A stretch of 64,000 bases of DNA, taken from Oligoflexales bacterium. GTDB lineage: Bacteria > Bdellovibrionota_B > Oligoflexia > Oligoflexales > Bog-1112. The stretch spans positions 3,888-67,887 of the forward strand of contig JBGCDR010000034.1 in the NCBI GenBank assembly GCA_045105515.1, written 5' to 3'. This document shows positions 10,113 to 20,941 of this stretch, piece by piece. The first letter of the stretch is position 1, and each line of letters opens with the position of its first letter. The notes beneath the pieces are model-generated. The model saw nothing but the letters and a program-made list of their open reading frames with translations, did no database searches and was not told the origin of the DNA. A program made the translations under genes and the position numbers.

Positions 10113-12119
10113 CTAATTACAATCTCGGCCCATAAAGCAGATATTATCCTCAAAGCGCCAAAATTCTGATTGTTGCCTTAACCATATAACAAAATTTCTT
10201 AAAGAATAGATTGGGGTAAACCCTTTATCTTCTTTACTCAACCTAATACTTGATATCACAGAGTTGAAATTCAGATCACCATAAGCAACAGCTTCCTCTT
10301 CGAGGAGAGTAGATGAGTATAAGATTCTTACACCCACAGGCACTAAAGATGCCCACGATTTTTTATCTAGTTTAAAACCTTGATCTATTTTAGATGCATT
10401 AATGGACTCGATATTGCTGTGATTTACAACTAAGGAGGAGCCTGACTTGAGAACATTTTTACCTTCGATTATGGTAAACCCATTAATTATCGAATGCCCA
10501 TTTTTCCAGGAATGCCCCCCCAAACCCCAATTTTCTGTGTTGGAATCTCTACCCGAAATGGCAAGTACTTCTTGAAGAACCCATTCTCCCTGCAAAGGCT
10601 CTAGAAATTCTTGTGAGCCAAAATTACCGTAATTACAGTATGAAATATTTTTATTTACCAAATTTAGGGTACGGTCAAACGGATTAAAACTCAAGACACA
10701 AGAAGGGTCACCACTGTGATTGCGAAAGTAGTCATGCCCTGTTGTTTCCTCAATAGTAGTAAAATCAAGTCCAATAAGACTATTGTCAGTTACTGGACGC
10801 TCTATTGCTATCCCTGCTACCTGACCTTCCTCGGTTAGAATCGGTCCTCCTGACATCCCATCTTGAGCAAAAACGGTGCTATTATCTTTTTGCTGTTTAA
10901 GCTTAATTTTTGTTATAGGTCCAAAATTTGAGGTGTCTTCGGTGGGATATTCGGCTAGATAACCGGCCTTAGAGATTAGATGCTCTGCTCCTTCGCTAGT
11001 AAAACCAAGAACTCTGAGGTGATCTCCCCCTTCTATTTCTGATACAAAACTTAAGCCATCGATATCGTGGCAATACGCCACGTTTTGCTCTTTCATGGTA
11101 GCTGGCAAACCAATAGAATTTAGGTAAAGTACAGCCACATCAAATTCTTCATTTTTTGCCAATAGAGTTGCTGCACCTCTAAAAATATCAGAGCCGTTGA
11201 ATTGAATGTTGAAGACATTACTGTGAGAAAATAAAGAGCCATCCCTCTCAAAGCCTCCGTAAGAATCTGCATCACTATTTGACAAAAACCCGGATGGAAA
11301 TAAATGAGCTGCGGTAATGATATAGACACCATCGCAAGGTAGGCTACCTATGCCAGACAGTCTAGGAAAAACCGAAACTAGCGGACCAAGATCCCTCACT
11401 ATAAAACCAGAGCCCAAGGTATATCCACCATTTTTAGTGATCCTAACTATTTTTTTTTCAAGCTTTAGCTCAGTATATTTCAAACTTACTTTTGTGCTTT
11501 TGCGATCGAATTGAAACGATTCGTTTGTCTGTAAACTGTATTCAAAGCCAATATTTTGATTATCCTCTGGCAATATAATCCAAAATACAGCATTTGGATG
11601 AATAACCTCACCTTGCCAAGCTTTATAAGCCATAGCAATTCCAATAGCGCCTGAAGGAATATCTTGCTCCACTTCCAAATAAGCCTCACAACGATAACCA
11701 AGCAAATTACCATCTGCATCTAAACTTGCCTGGTCATCACATTCAGGTTTGCTTATAGAAAGATAATCATTGCGCCATTCCTCCATGTACGATTGCATCA
11801 TACCATCACGCCATGGCCCTCGTACGTAGACCTTAATCACATTTGAATCTACTTGTTTACTGTAATACTGCTCTATTTTGAAGAATCTATTATCGTCAGT
11901 CTTTTCTAAAACAGCGGGAATACCTGGAGGGTAAATATGTTTCGAAAAAGGCCTCCACATAACAGAGCTCTTTAATTGCACTGAATTTTCGTAGGTTTCT
12001 TGAGCCTGTGATGACAGTGCGCCATTTAAACAAAGCCAAATTAAAAGGAATAACTTAAAATTCCTGGAGTAAAGCAGGCATTGAAATCTTTGATAATGAT
12101 TCACGTAATTTCCTTTCAT
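10113..12119 (-). CDS. Secreted trypsin-like (S1) serine protease with unknown N- and C-terminal domains
   Basis: Signal-peptide-like N-terminus; catalytic triad motifs ITAAH, FDVAVL, GMSGGP. Confidence 0.8.
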   Translation of the reverse strand: MKGNYVNHYQRFQCLLYSRNFKLFLLIWLCLNGALSSQAQETYENSVQLKSSVMWRPFSKHIYPPGIPAVLEKTDDNRFFKIEQYYSKQVDSNVIKVYVRGPWRDGMMQSYMEEWRNDYLSISKPECDDQASLDADGNLLGYRCEAYLEVEQDIPSGAIGIAMAYKAWQGEVIHPNAVFWIILPEDNQNIGFEYSLQTNESFQFDRKSTKVSLKYTELKLEKKIVRITKNGGYTLGSGFIVRDLGPLVSVFPRLSGIGSLPCDGVYIITAAHLFPSGFLSNSDADSYGGFERDGSLFSHSNVFNIQFNGSDIFRGAATLLAKNEEFDVAVLYLNSIGLPATMKEQNVAYCHDIDGLSFVSEIEGGDHLRVLGFTSEGAEHLISKAGYLAEYPTEDTSNFGPITKIKLKQQKDNSTVFAQDGMSGGPILTEEGQVAGIAIERPVTDNSLIGLDFTTIEETTGHDYFRNHSGDPSCVLSFNPFDRTLNLVNKNISYCNYGNFGSQEFLEPLQGEWVLQEVLAISGRDSNTENWGLGGHSWKNGHSIINGFTIIEGKNVLKSGSSLVVNHSNIESINASKIDQGFKLDKKSWASLVPVGVRILYSSTLLEEEAVAYGDLNFNSVISSIRLSKEDKGFTPIYSLRNFVIWLRQQSEFWRFEDNICFMGRDCN

Positions 12120-12397
12120 TATAGAGGCATTAGTCTATAAGAGATCGGCAGCACATTCTCTCTTATTTCTAACTTTAAAATTATGATCTTTTGCTGATAT
12201 TATATGCATGTAGAGATAGCGATCCACATCAAATATGAAACTTGCGCATGATATTCCGTCATACAAAACCGTAAAAACTGATATATTTTCGGGTTTTTTC
12301 TATAGTCCAAAATTTTAAATCTCTATGCTTACCAGAGAAATCTTTATTTGTATTGAGCAGTGCTTTCTCTATTTGCTAAATATAAATAAAGGCAGGA

Positions 12398-14584
12398 ATG
12401 ATCATGAAAAAGTGGGATAGCATCATAAAAGAGGCGAGAAACTGCCACACAAAGGAGGCTTGGGAGAATCTTTTCCAGAAATATGAACGCTCGATAATTG
12501 CCAGCAATTCATCAAAACCTATCGAAGATTTATTTAAGTTGCTTAGGTCCGATCCTCAGTCTCTTCAATATAAACCATTTATTTTTGCGATCCTAATTAA
12601 GGGGTGCCTATCATGTTGGAACCTTGAATTAGGAAAAACTATCTGCCTATTTGCTAAGAGCATCAACGTACCAGACTTTACTATACCTGCCGCTCAACTA
12701 TTCTTGGAATGCGGCGAGCCTCACCTCAGCCGAGATATTTCACAGAAGTCTTTAAGATTATCAAATCTTGATCAAAGACAGAGGCTACAGCTCCAAGTTT
12801 TGGTATGTGGAAGTTATGCTGAAGAAGGATTAGTTAGTAAAGCCAGTAGACTCATGAATAAACTTTACGCTACAATTGAGACCTCTAATCTGAAATTAAA
12901 GGATGAAGCCGACCTTAAGGTTCAATTGGCTAGAATGCATTTTTTTCTTGGTCAATATCAAAAAGCTAGTGAATTATTCCGAGAATCTTCATTTAAATTT
13001 CTAAAGCTTGAAGACTGGGAATCTGCAGCAAGAGCTTTATTTAATACAGCAGCATGTGCGCAAAACGCAGGAAAACGGCCAGTAGAGCAAGCTTATTCAT
13101 TTGTTGAGGAAAGTCGCTTGCTAGCGGAAAAGCATGACCTTAAGGGGCCATTGTCTCACTGCGAAGCTTTCTATGGACTGGACGCATATAATCACGGAAA
13201 TTTTTCAGAAGCCCGAGATCATTTCCGAAAAGCGCTTTCTTGTTTGCCAACAACAGACAAAAGTTATCGTAGGCTTCATATTATTTCTATGTTAACCCTT
13301 AGTTACCTTGCCCTCGGCCGTTACAAGCTTGCAGAAAAGTTTGGCAAGCAAACATTAGAGCTCGCAACACTTGATCATTCTAATCGATATCAAAGCCGTT
13401 ATAAAAGCCTTGAAGCTGAATTAATCTGGGAATCTGGTCGCCCAATAGAGAGCCAAATCCTTTTAGATCAGGTTGTTCATAACTATAAGAATCAGGGCAT
13501 TCACACACTTGAAGATTTGTCTTCTTATAGTCGCTATTTACTTCAATCTGCTTATTTAAGTGAGAGTATCTCTCAAAACAAAATAACTATTTGTCCAAAC
13601 CTTAACAAACATATGTTCACCTATTTAGACTTTCTGTTTGCTAAAGGTCAAAGCTGCTTAAGTTCTGGCGATTTTCAAAGTTCAGAGAAGAAGTTTTTTG
13701 AAGTTTTTAACCTTGCGAAAAAAAATGATGATAGGTTTCACAAATCAATTGGTTTACTGGGCTTAATACAATGCCAGCTTGCCCAAGAATCTATTGGATC
13801 AAGTTTTCTTTATTACCTAAATGAGTTTAAGCTCAATATTAGAAAAATGGCAGACACCCCCTTACGAGCTAAACATGAAATAATCATGGCAGCTTATGCA
13901 TATCGATCTGGTGACTTTAAAGAATGCTACCGAATCTTAAAGTCTACATCGAAATATTCTAAAATTGGTTTTGCCGATAACTTTGCTCTAAAGTGCTGGA
14001 TTGCTACCATCGAGGGTAAATCTTATCGTCTTATTCATGACTGGCAATCGAAAATGATTGCCAGGTACACCCGCGTATATTTCGCACCTAGCCTTAAGGT
14101 AATTGATAAAAGTAAATATTGTATAAGTAATCTCTATGAAGTTAATTTGAGTAGATTTCCTGCTCTTGCTGAATTATTCGACTATTTAATTAAACAATTA
14201 AACTTTTCAAGCGATCTGAAAAATGTTCAAGAATTTGTTTGGAAGCAAAGTACCCACTCTCAAGGTTGGCAACAAAAAATAAGAAACTCTATCATGCGTC
14301 TTCGCACTCTCTTTCCCTATACAGTTGCTCCTTTAATCCTACATAAATCGAATATTCATCTATTTAATGAGGCTATTCGAATTTATCCGACAAAGAAGGG
14401 AGGTGCCGAGAGGGAAAATGAAATTTTCCATCTACTTGTTGAAAGTCGATTAACAACATCACAAATAAGTCAGCGATTTGCTATTTCTAAAGCGACTACT
14501 AAACGAATCCTACAGAACCTGATTTCTCAAAATAAAATTGAGACTTATAGAGATGGCAGGCACATTTACTATAAAACTGTTTGA
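12398..14584 (+). CDS. TPR-repeat transcriptional regulator with C-terminal winged-helix domains
   Basis: Helical TPR-like repeats; OmpR-like wHTH (FVWKQ...KIRNSIMRLR) then HTH (LTTSQISQRFAISKATTKRILQNL...GRHIYY). Confidence 0.7.
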   Translation: MIMKKWDSIIKEARNCHTKEAWENLFQKYERSIIASNSSKPIEDLFKLLRSDPQSLQYKPFIFAILIKGCLSCWNLELGKTICLFAKSINVPDFTIPAAQLFLECGEPHLSRDISQKSLRLSNLDQRQRLQLQVLVCGSYAEEGLVSKASRLMNKLYATIETSNLKLKDEADLKVQLARMHFFLGQYQKASELFRESSFKFLKLEDWESAARALFNTAACAQNAGKRPVEQAYSFVEESRLLAEKHDLKGPLSHCEAFYGLDAYNHGNFSEARDHFRKALSCLPTTDKSYRRLHIISMLTLSYLALGRYKLAEKFGKQTLELATLDHSNRYQSRYKSLEAELIWESGRPIESQILLDQVVHNYKNQGIHTLEDLSSYSRYLLQSAYLSESISQNKITICPNLNKHMFTYLDFLFAKGQSCLSSGDFQSSEKKFFEVFNLAKKNDDRFHKSIGLLGLIQCQLAQESIGSSFLYYLNEFKLNIRKMADTPLRAKHEIIMAAYAYRSGDFKECYRILKSTSKYSKIGFADNFALKCWIATIEGKSYRLIHDWQSKMIARYTRVYFAPSLKVIDKSKYCISNLYEVNLSRFPALAELFDYLIKQLNFSSDLKNVQEFVWKQSTHSQGWQQKIRNSIMRLRTLFPYTVAPLILHKSNIHLFNEAIRIYPTKKGGAERENEIFHLLVESRLTTSQISQRFAISKATTKRILQNLISQNKIETYRDGRHIYYKTV

Positions 14585-14587
14585 AAT

Positions 14588-15007
14588 TTAGGCTATCTTT
14601 TTATCTACTACTATGCTTTTTGCAAGTATATATGGTAAGCCTTTCTTGCCATAATCTACAACTCCGAGAATCTTAACCTCTTCTCCTTGTAAACTATCTT
14701 CTCCAATCACATCGTAAAAATCTAGGTTGGTAAGAACTACTAGCATTCTTGCAGTATTATCTGACAATACCATATATGTTTGGTAGGATCCTATTTCCAT
14801 TATGGTACCTTTAAGCATAACTTCTTGGCCAAACAACAATCCCTTGTCTAAATGAATCTCTTTCATAGTTACTTGGCTAGGAGTACTAAACAGGGTCCCC
14901 CCTATATACTCGAAAGATTGATAGTCGATAAACTTTTTGAGCTCCCCACCTTGGTGGCAGCTACAGATTAAAGACATCAAGACTAAAATCAAATATTTTT
15001 TGTTCAT
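14588..15007 (-). CDS. Lipoprotein, probable OB-fold
   Basis: Lipobox-like LICSC; GQEVMLKGTI...MVLSDNT...GEEVKILGVV beta pattern. Confidence 0.55.
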   Translation of the reverse strand: MNKKYLILVLMSLICSCHQGGELKKFIDYQSFEYIGGTLFSTPSQVTMKEIHLDKGLLFGQEVMLKGTIMEIGSYQTYMVLSDNTARMLVVLTNLDFYDVIGEDSLQGEEVKILGVVDYGKKGLPYILAKSIVVDKKIA

Positions 15008-15120
15008 CTTGTCCCCCGGCTTTTCTATTTATATTAACATAGCTTAGACGGGGTACAGGGTAGGCAGAAAGTGCTGGGGGTTCTATTGTTTTAACGCTAA
15101 ATATTGGCCTCTTAAAGCTG

Positions 15121-15519
15121 CTATTCCGCAGATTTAACTTCTTCTTTTTTTCCCTCGTTCTCACGAAAGTCAACGAGTTCCAAATTACACATATCAGCGC
15201 CATCTCCAAAACGCTCGCCGTACTTTACAATACGAGTGTAACCGCCTGGGCGAGTTTCAAATCTTTTTGCCAACACCTTACAAACTCTGCCTGCAGCCTC
15301 ATTTCCGAAAAGATAACTTTCTAACTGCCTGCGAGAATGTAAGTCATTACGTTTTCCTAATGTGATCATCTTCTCAACTATCGGTCTGAGTTCCTTAGCT
15401 TTAGGTAAGGTAGTATGAATCTTTCCGTTAGTTAGGAATGATGTCGCCATGTTTCTCAACATTGCTCTTCGATGAGAGCTTTCTCTTCCAAGTTTTCTAT
15501 AACTTTTTAAGTGACGCAT
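15121..15519 (-). CDS. rplQ: 50S ribosomal protein L17
   Basis: MRHLKSYRKLGRESSHR, RPGGYTRI. Confidence 0.99.
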   Translation of the reverse strand: MRHLKSYRKLGRESSHRRAMLRNMATSFLTNGKIHTTLPKAKELRPIVEKMITLGKRNDLHSRRQLESYLFGNEAAGRVCKVLAKRFETRPGGYTRIVKYGERFGDGADMCNLELVDFRENEGKKEEVKSAE

Positions 15520-15539
15520 ATGGGTAGCCTCTTCTACTT

Positions 15540-16556
15540 CTATTGTTCGTTGTCTACGGACTCTTCCTCGTTCTGCCTTAACATACTCGGATCGAAGCCA
15601 TCTATCTTCATCCCCAGCGATAAGCCCATTTCTACGAGAATATCCTTAATTTCGTTCAAAGATTTCCGACCGAAGTTTTTAGTTTTCAACATGTCAGCTT
15701 CGGTTTTAGTAACTAATTCACCAATATATTTAATATTTGCATTTTCCAGACAATTTGCGGCCCTTACACTTAACTCAAGAGCATCAACCGTTTTAAACAA
15801 ATGCTCGTTTAATTTTGGTTTGTCTTCCTTAAGGCTTTCCTGCTCTTCTTCTTCTTCAGTCTCATCAAAATTTATAAATGTCGTCAGTTGCTCTTTCAGA
15901 ATCTTTGCTGCGTAAGCAACTGCGTCATCTGGCCTAACTGCTCCGTTCGTCCAGACTTCAAGCGTTAGTTTATCGTAATCTGTATCCTGACCAACCCTGG
16001 CGTTTGAAACATTATAAGCAACCCTACGAATCGGCGCGAAAATAGAGTCTATTGCTATAAAACCTAGAGGGAGATCTTCACTTCTGTTCCGGTCAGCGGA
16101 AACATACCCGCGTCCATGCCTAACGATTAGTTCCATACTAATCTTTGCTTCTTCATTTAGGGTACAAATTACTTGATCAGTATTTAGCACCTCTACATCG
16201 CCATTTGTCTCAATATCAGCAGCTGTTACTACCTTAGGCCCCTCGGCTTTTATGCGAATAGTTGCATCAGCTTCCCCAAGGTACCTTAAGTTAACCTGCT
16301 TAATGTTTAGAATAACATCTGTTACGTCTTCCTTGACGCCAACGATTGTTGAAAACTCATGTTCAACAGAGTTAAATCTCACAGCAACTACCGCGGATCC
16401 GTTGATACTTGAGAGAAGTACCCGACGCAAGGAGTTACCCAGGGACAAACCATATCCTCGTTCTAGGGGCTTTGCTACGAACTTGCCGTAAGTTGGTATT
16501 AGCTTTTCAGCTTCTAAACTTTTTGGCTTAATCAATTCTTTCCAATTTCGATGCAT
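15540..16556 (-). CDS. rpoA: RNA polymerase alpha subunit
   Basis: PLERGYG..LGNSLRRVLLSS, LELSVRAANCL, NFGRKSLNEI. Confidence 0.99.
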   Translation of the reverse strand: MHRNWKELIKPKSLEAEKLIPTYGKFVAKPLERGYGLSLGNSLRRVLLSSINGSAVVAVRFNSVEHEFSTIVGVKEDVTDVILNIKQVNLRYLGEADATIRIKAEGPKVVTAADIETNGDVEVLNTDQVICTLNEEAKISMELIVRHGRGYVSADRNRSEDLPLGFIAIDSIFAPIRRVAYNVSNARVGQDTDYDKLTLEVWTNGAVRPDDAVAYAAKILKEQLTTFINFDETEEEEEQESLKEDKPKLNEHLFKTVDALELSVRAANCLENANIKYIGELVTKTEADMLKTKNFGRKSLNEIKDILVEMGLSLGMKIDGFDPSMLRQNEEESVDNEQ

Positions 16557-16894
16557 CGAAGCTTCTCCGTATCACTTTGGCTACCTGGCATTTTAGGAGC
16601 AAATCTCATAAGGCTTACCGTGGCAGAAAAACCGTCACTTATCCGGTACTACCTTTAACAACCCTATAGTAAGACGCTGTCCTTAAGCAGATTACATATT
16701 AAGATCTTCAGATAATTATTTACCACCATTATGGTAACTTCAACCTTTTGTGAAAATAATCCTGAACGTATCACTCTACTTAGTCAAAAATTCAAATATA
16801 ATCCAGCATTATTATTTATGGCGAAGCCACCTGGTCTAGCACGTATCGAGAAAAGTGGGTCTTACTTACACCCTCATTTGGTATCAATCCGCTG

Positions 16895-17278
16895 TTAGAC
16901 CCTTCTTCTCTTAGGAGGTCTACACCCATTATGTGGAATAGGCGTTACATCTTTAATCATAGCAATCTTTAGCCCGGTTGAACCAATAGCTCTTACGGCG
17001 CTTTCTCGCCCAGCTCCCGGACCTTTAACTAAGACTGAAACAGTCTTCATGCCAGCATCCATAGCTTTTCGTGCACAATCTTCCGCTGCAACCTGTGCTG
17101 CGAACGGAGTACTCTTTCTTGATCCCTTGAAGCCTTTTCCACCGGCAGTTGCCCAGCAGATAACCTCACCGTTCACATCGCTAAAAGTGATGATCGTATT
17201 ATTGAAAGTAGCCTGAACGTGGGCAACACCAATTGGAATATTTCTTTTAGCCTTCTTCTTCTTAACTACCTTGGCCAT
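16895..17278 (-). CDS. rpsK: 30S ribosomal protein S11
   Basis: [36 protein letters not shown]. Confidence 0.99.
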   Translation of the reverse strand: MAKVVKKKKAKRNIPIGVAHVQATFNNTIITFSDVNGEVICWATAGGKGFKGSRKSTPFAAQVAAEDCARKAMDAGMKTVSVLVKGPGAGRESAVRAIGSTGLKIAMIKDVTPIPHNGCRPPKRRRV

Positions 17279-17331
17279 ATTTTACCTTTCGCCACCTATT
17301 ATGAGCACCCAAGCCCATTTGAGTTTAATGC

Positions 17332-17709
17332 CTATTTAGTTGCTTTTTTCTTGTTAGCTACGGTTTTACGAGGACCTTTACGGGTACGTGCATTGGTCTT
17401 CGTTCTTTGACCCCTAGCTGGCAAACCCATCCGATGACGTAATCCCTTGTAGTTACCAAGCTCTACTAGACGCTTAATATTTAGAGAAACTTCTCTTCTC
17501 AAATCACCTTCCACGGTATATCCACCGTCGATAAGCTTTCTAAGAGTGTTAATCGCACCTTGATCGAGAGCACCTGCCTTGATCATTGGATCAAGTCCGG
17601 ATTTTTCAACTATCTCGAGAGCAGCCTGCCTTCCAATTCCATAAATGGAAGTTAAAGCTATATCGATTCTTTTATGTCCAGGTAAATCTACACCTGCAAT
17701 ACGAGCCAT
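17332..17709 (-). CDS. rpsM: 30S ribosomal protein S13
   Basis: [28 protein letters not shown]. Confidence 0.99.
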   Translation of the reverse strand: MARIAGVDLPGHKRIDIALTSIYGIGRQAALEIVEKSGLDPMIKAGALDQGAINTLRKLIDGGYTVEGDLRREVSLNIKRLVELGNYKGLRHRMGLPARGQRTKTNARTRKGPRKTVANKKKATK

Positions 17710-17760
17710 ATTTCGAACCCTATCTGTTTAAAAAAGGTCATCAAATCCGACCTTTGTTGT

Positions 17761-17874
17761 TTATCCCTGACGTTGTTTATGCTTAGCTACTTCGCATATA
17801 ACACGGAGCACTCCGTGACGACGGATTACCTTACATTTGTCACAAATTGGCTTTACGCTAGCACGAACTTTCAT
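17761..17874 (-). CDS. rpmJ: 50S ribosomal protein L36 (Zn-binding type; not in ORF track)
   Basis: Hand translation [37 protein letters not shown]. Confidence 0.98.
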   Translation of the reverse strand: MKVRASVKPICDKCKVIRRHGVLRVICEVAKHKQRQG

Positions 17875-17908
17875 AATTTCCTCAATTCGACTACTCAATC
17901 ATTTATAG

Positions 17909-18130
17909 TTACTTTTTAGATCGATAAACGATTCGCCCTCGACCTAAATCGTATGGAGATATCTCTAATTTAACTTTGTCACCTGGCAAAATTCTTATAA
18001 AGTGCATGCGCATTTTTCCACTTATATGAGCTAACACTTCATGACCGTTTTCCAATTCGACCTTGAACATTGCATTCGGTAAAGGTTCCTTCACCGTTCC
18101 TTCACACTCTATGACGTCTTCTTTTGCCAT
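17909..18130 (-). CDS. infA: Translation initiation factor IF-1
   Basis: [26 protein letters not shown]. Confidence 0.99.
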   Translation of the reverse strand: MAKEDVIECEGTVKEPLPNAMFKVELENGHEVLAHISGKMRMHFIRILPGDKVKLEISPYDLGRGRIVYRSKK

Positions 18131-18284
18131 TGTTTCTCCGCACCTGCTCTATTTCACTTACGATAGGATTTAATGATAACGTTTCCCGACATAGAGGGGA
18201 TCGCCGCACAATATAACAGATCTATACAAGATGCAAGCAGCATCTTATAGTTGTCTTTTTCTTCTTGCTCACGTTATCTTACCA

Positions 18285-18935
18285 TTATCGTGAGCCTTCA
18301 AAACCTTTGACGACGCCTCTAATTTCATTAAAAACGTCCATTGGATTTCTGGCCCCATCGACTTTATAGTAGAGATTCCTATCTTTATAGTAGTTCAATA
18401 CGGGTGCAGTCTGTTCTTCGTAAACACCTAACCTAACCCGGATCTTGTCTTCCTGGTCGTCAGTTCTAGTTACAACATCGCCACCACATTTATCACACAC
18501 ACCCTCTTTTTCAGGGGCTTTATTCATGATGTGATAGGTTTCACCACAAGCACTGCAAACACGCCTCCCGCCCAAACGCTGAAGAAGATTTTCCTCTGCT
18601 ACGTGTATATGGATTGCCCCATTTACAGGGTAGGTCTGCTCTAACTTTTCCAAAGTACCGGCTTGGGCCAAATTCCTTGGATAACCATCAAGTAAGACCA
18701 TTTCGTTGGAGTGTTCTTCAAGCTCCCGTTGCAGAATTCCAAGCAAGACCTCGTCAGGAACCAGTTTTCCTTCGCTTACAAAGGACTCCGCTTGTTTTCC
18801 AATTTCTGTCTTTAATGCCATGTGCCTTCGAAGAGCATCTCCTGTGGAGACTTTATAGCAACCCAAGTGCTCGACCAGTAGGTCGGCTTGAGTTCCTTTC
18901 CCCGCACCCGGGGCCCCGATCAACACAAAAATCAT
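18285..18935 (-). CDS. adk: Adenylate kinase (Zn-lid type)
   Basis: GAPGAGKGTQA, LDGYPRN, CSAC/CDKC lid. Confidence 0.98.
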   Translation of the reverse strand: MIFVLIGAPGAGKGTQADLLVEHLGCYKVSTGDALRRHMALKTEIGKQAESFVSEGKLVPDEVLLGILQRELEEHSNEMVLLDGYPRNLAQAGTLEKLEQTYPVNGAIHIHVAEENLLQRLGGRRVCSACGETYHIMNKAPEKEGVCDKCGGDVVTRTDDQEDKIRVRLGVYEEQTAPVLNYYKDRNLYYKVDGARNPMDVFNEIRGVVKGFEGSR

Positions 18936-20257
18936 ATTCCACCACCTCTTCTAGCTTTGATGGTTCCCTGTTTAAGGAATGCATCGTAGCGAAGAGACTG
19001 CCTGTGTGCGTCGATCTGTCGAAAAGTCTCGAGAGCTACACCAACTACAATTAACAAACTAGTTCCACCGAAATAGAATTGAACGTTAAATCTCCCGGTA
19101 AGAATAGTAGGGAAAACGCAAATAGCTGAAAGATAGATACCACCAACCAAGGTAAGTCTATTTAACACCTTGTGTAAATATTCCGCAGTCCTTGCCCCAG
19201 GCCTGATACCAGGGACAAATCCACCATGCTTCTTCAAATTTTCAGCAACATCATCCGCTTTGAAAGTAATTGATGTATAGAAAAAAGCAAAAAACACGAT
19301 CAAACTTACATAAACAGTATTATAGAGCCAACCTCCTGGGATAAAGGCGAGATTAATAAATTCAGCTATAAAACTGTCGGGCTTGATCGCAGCTATTGTG
19401 ACTGGGAATTGTAACAGTGAGCTTGCAAAAATTGGGGGAATTACTCCTGCCGTATTCACTCTGATTGGAAGATGTGAGGACTGTCCTCCATAAATCTTCC
19501 GCCCTACCTGACGTTTTGCATACTGAACGGGAATTTGCCTTGCTCCCTGTTCCATAAAAACAACACCTGCTACGACTGCAACGCAAACCGTTGTCATCAG
19601 AATTATTCTGAAAAGGTCCATCTGTTGGCTTGTATATTGAGTATAAGTATTTGCAACAACACCCGGTAAGCCTGCAACAATACCGGCAAAAATTATCAGA
19701 GAAATGCCATTCCCAACGCCTTTTTCAGTTATTTGCTCACCCAGCCACATTACAAAGGCTGTACCAGCAGCAAGAGAGATCACAGTCATGACCTTCCAGA
19801 CAACACTTGCGTCCATTACTAAAGGACCACCATTAAATTCGGAGCTAGCCAATGTGGCTGACATCATATACCCCTGAATAACAGCGAGTAATACTGTCCC
19901 ATACCTTGTATACTGGGTAATTTTCTTTCTACCAGCCTCTCCCTCTTTGGACAACATTTCCAAATGAGGTACGACCACTGTTAACAACTGAGAAATAATA
20001 GATGCAGAGATATAAGGCATCACACCGAGGGCGAACACGCTGAAACGCTCGAGGGCACCACCGGAAAACATGTTAAACATACCAAAGAGATTTGCTCCCT
20101 GGGACTGGAAAAACTCACCTAATAAATAGGTATCCACACCAGGAATAGGTATATGAACACCAATTCTATACAGTGCTAGAAAGAATAGGGTGAACATAAT
20201 CTTTTTCTGGAGATGGTTTATTCGGCCTTCTGGAAGCTTCTGGATGGGGCTAGCCAC
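18932..20257 (-). CDS. secY: Preprotein translocase SecY
   Basis: FALGVMPYISASII, GVGNGISLIIF, PGIRPG. Confidence 0.99.
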   Translation of the reverse strand: MASPIQKLPEGRINHLQKKIMFTLFFLALYRIGVHIPIPGVDTYLLGEFFQSQGANLFGMFNMFSGGALERFSVFALGVMPYISASIISQLLTVVVPHLEMLSKEGEAGRKKITQYTRYGTVLLAVIQGYMMSATLASSEFNGGPLVMDASVVWKVMTVISLAAGTAFVMWLGEQITEKGVGNGISLIIFAGIVAGLPGVVANTYTQYTSQQMDLFRIILMTTVCVAVVAGVVFMEQGARQIPVQYAKRQVGRKIYGGQSSHLPIRVNTAGVIPPIFASSLLQFPVTIAAIKPDSFIAEFINLAFIPGGWLYNTVYVSLIVFFAFFYTSITFKADDVAENLKKHGGFVPGIRPGARTAEYLHKVLNRLTLVGGIYLSAICVFPTILTGRFNVQFYFGGTSLLIVVGVALETFRQIDAHRQSLRYDAFLKQGTIKARRGGGI

Positions 20258-20259
20258 AA

Positions 20260-20706
20260 TTAGATCTCCTGTGTTGAACCGCCTATACCTTCAATTGCTG
20301 CCTTTGCACTCTTGCTAAATTTTGCCGCCTTTACAGTCAGCTTTTTCTCAATTTTACCATCGCCCAAAATTTTAACTGGGTGTTTGAGATTTCTAACCAA
20401 TCCGGCTTTAACCAATGCTTCGCCATCGATCACTGCATTGCTTTCAAAGGACTCTAAGTCGGCAAGATTTACGATATGAAAATGCTTCATATTTCGAGTA
20501 TTCTTGAAACCGTACTTAGGTAAACGACGATAAAGTGGAGTTTGCCCACCTTCGAAACCGGGTGCAATACCACCCCCCTTTCTCGCCTTTTGGCCCTTGT
20601 GACCTTTACCTGCTGTTTTACCTTGTCCACTAGCTGGGCCGCGACCTAATCGCTTTTTATCTTTGTTTGACCCTTTAGCAGGACTCAAATTTCCTAAGTT
20701 CTTCAT
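20260..20706 (-). CDS. rplO: 50S ribosomal protein L15
   Basis: [18 protein letters not shown]. Confidence 0.99.
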   Translation of the reverse strand: MKNLGNLSPAKGSNKDKKRLGRGPASGQGKTAGKGHKGQKARKGGGIAPGFEGGQTPLYRRLPKYGFKNTRNMKHFHIVNLADLESFESNAVIDGEALVKAGLVRNLKHPVKILGDGKIEKKLTVKAAKFSKSAKAAIEGIGGSTQEI

Positions 20707-20725
20707 AAAGACACCTATTCATCAA

Positions 20726-20914
20726 CTATTCAGAAATTAATTCATATTTAACAAGGTGACTAACTTTATTTACCATCCCACGAATGCAATTATTGTCCTT
20801 GTGAGTGCGGGATGAGCCAATACCTTTTAAGCCCAGACCAATCAAAACTTTTTCCATGGTTTTTGGATTGGCAATTGTGCTACGAACCTGCGTTACTTTG
20901 ATCTTCTGTCCCAT
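20726..20914 (-). CDS. rpmD: 50S ribosomal protein L30
   Basis: IKVTQVRS...LGL...RGMVNKVSHLV; synteny. Confidence 0.96.
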   Translation of the reverse strand: MGQKIKVTQVRSTIANPKTMEKVLIGLGLKGIGSSRTHKDNNCIRGMVNKVSHLVKYELISE

Positions 20915-20941
20915 TGGACTAACTCCAAATATAATTGTGCA

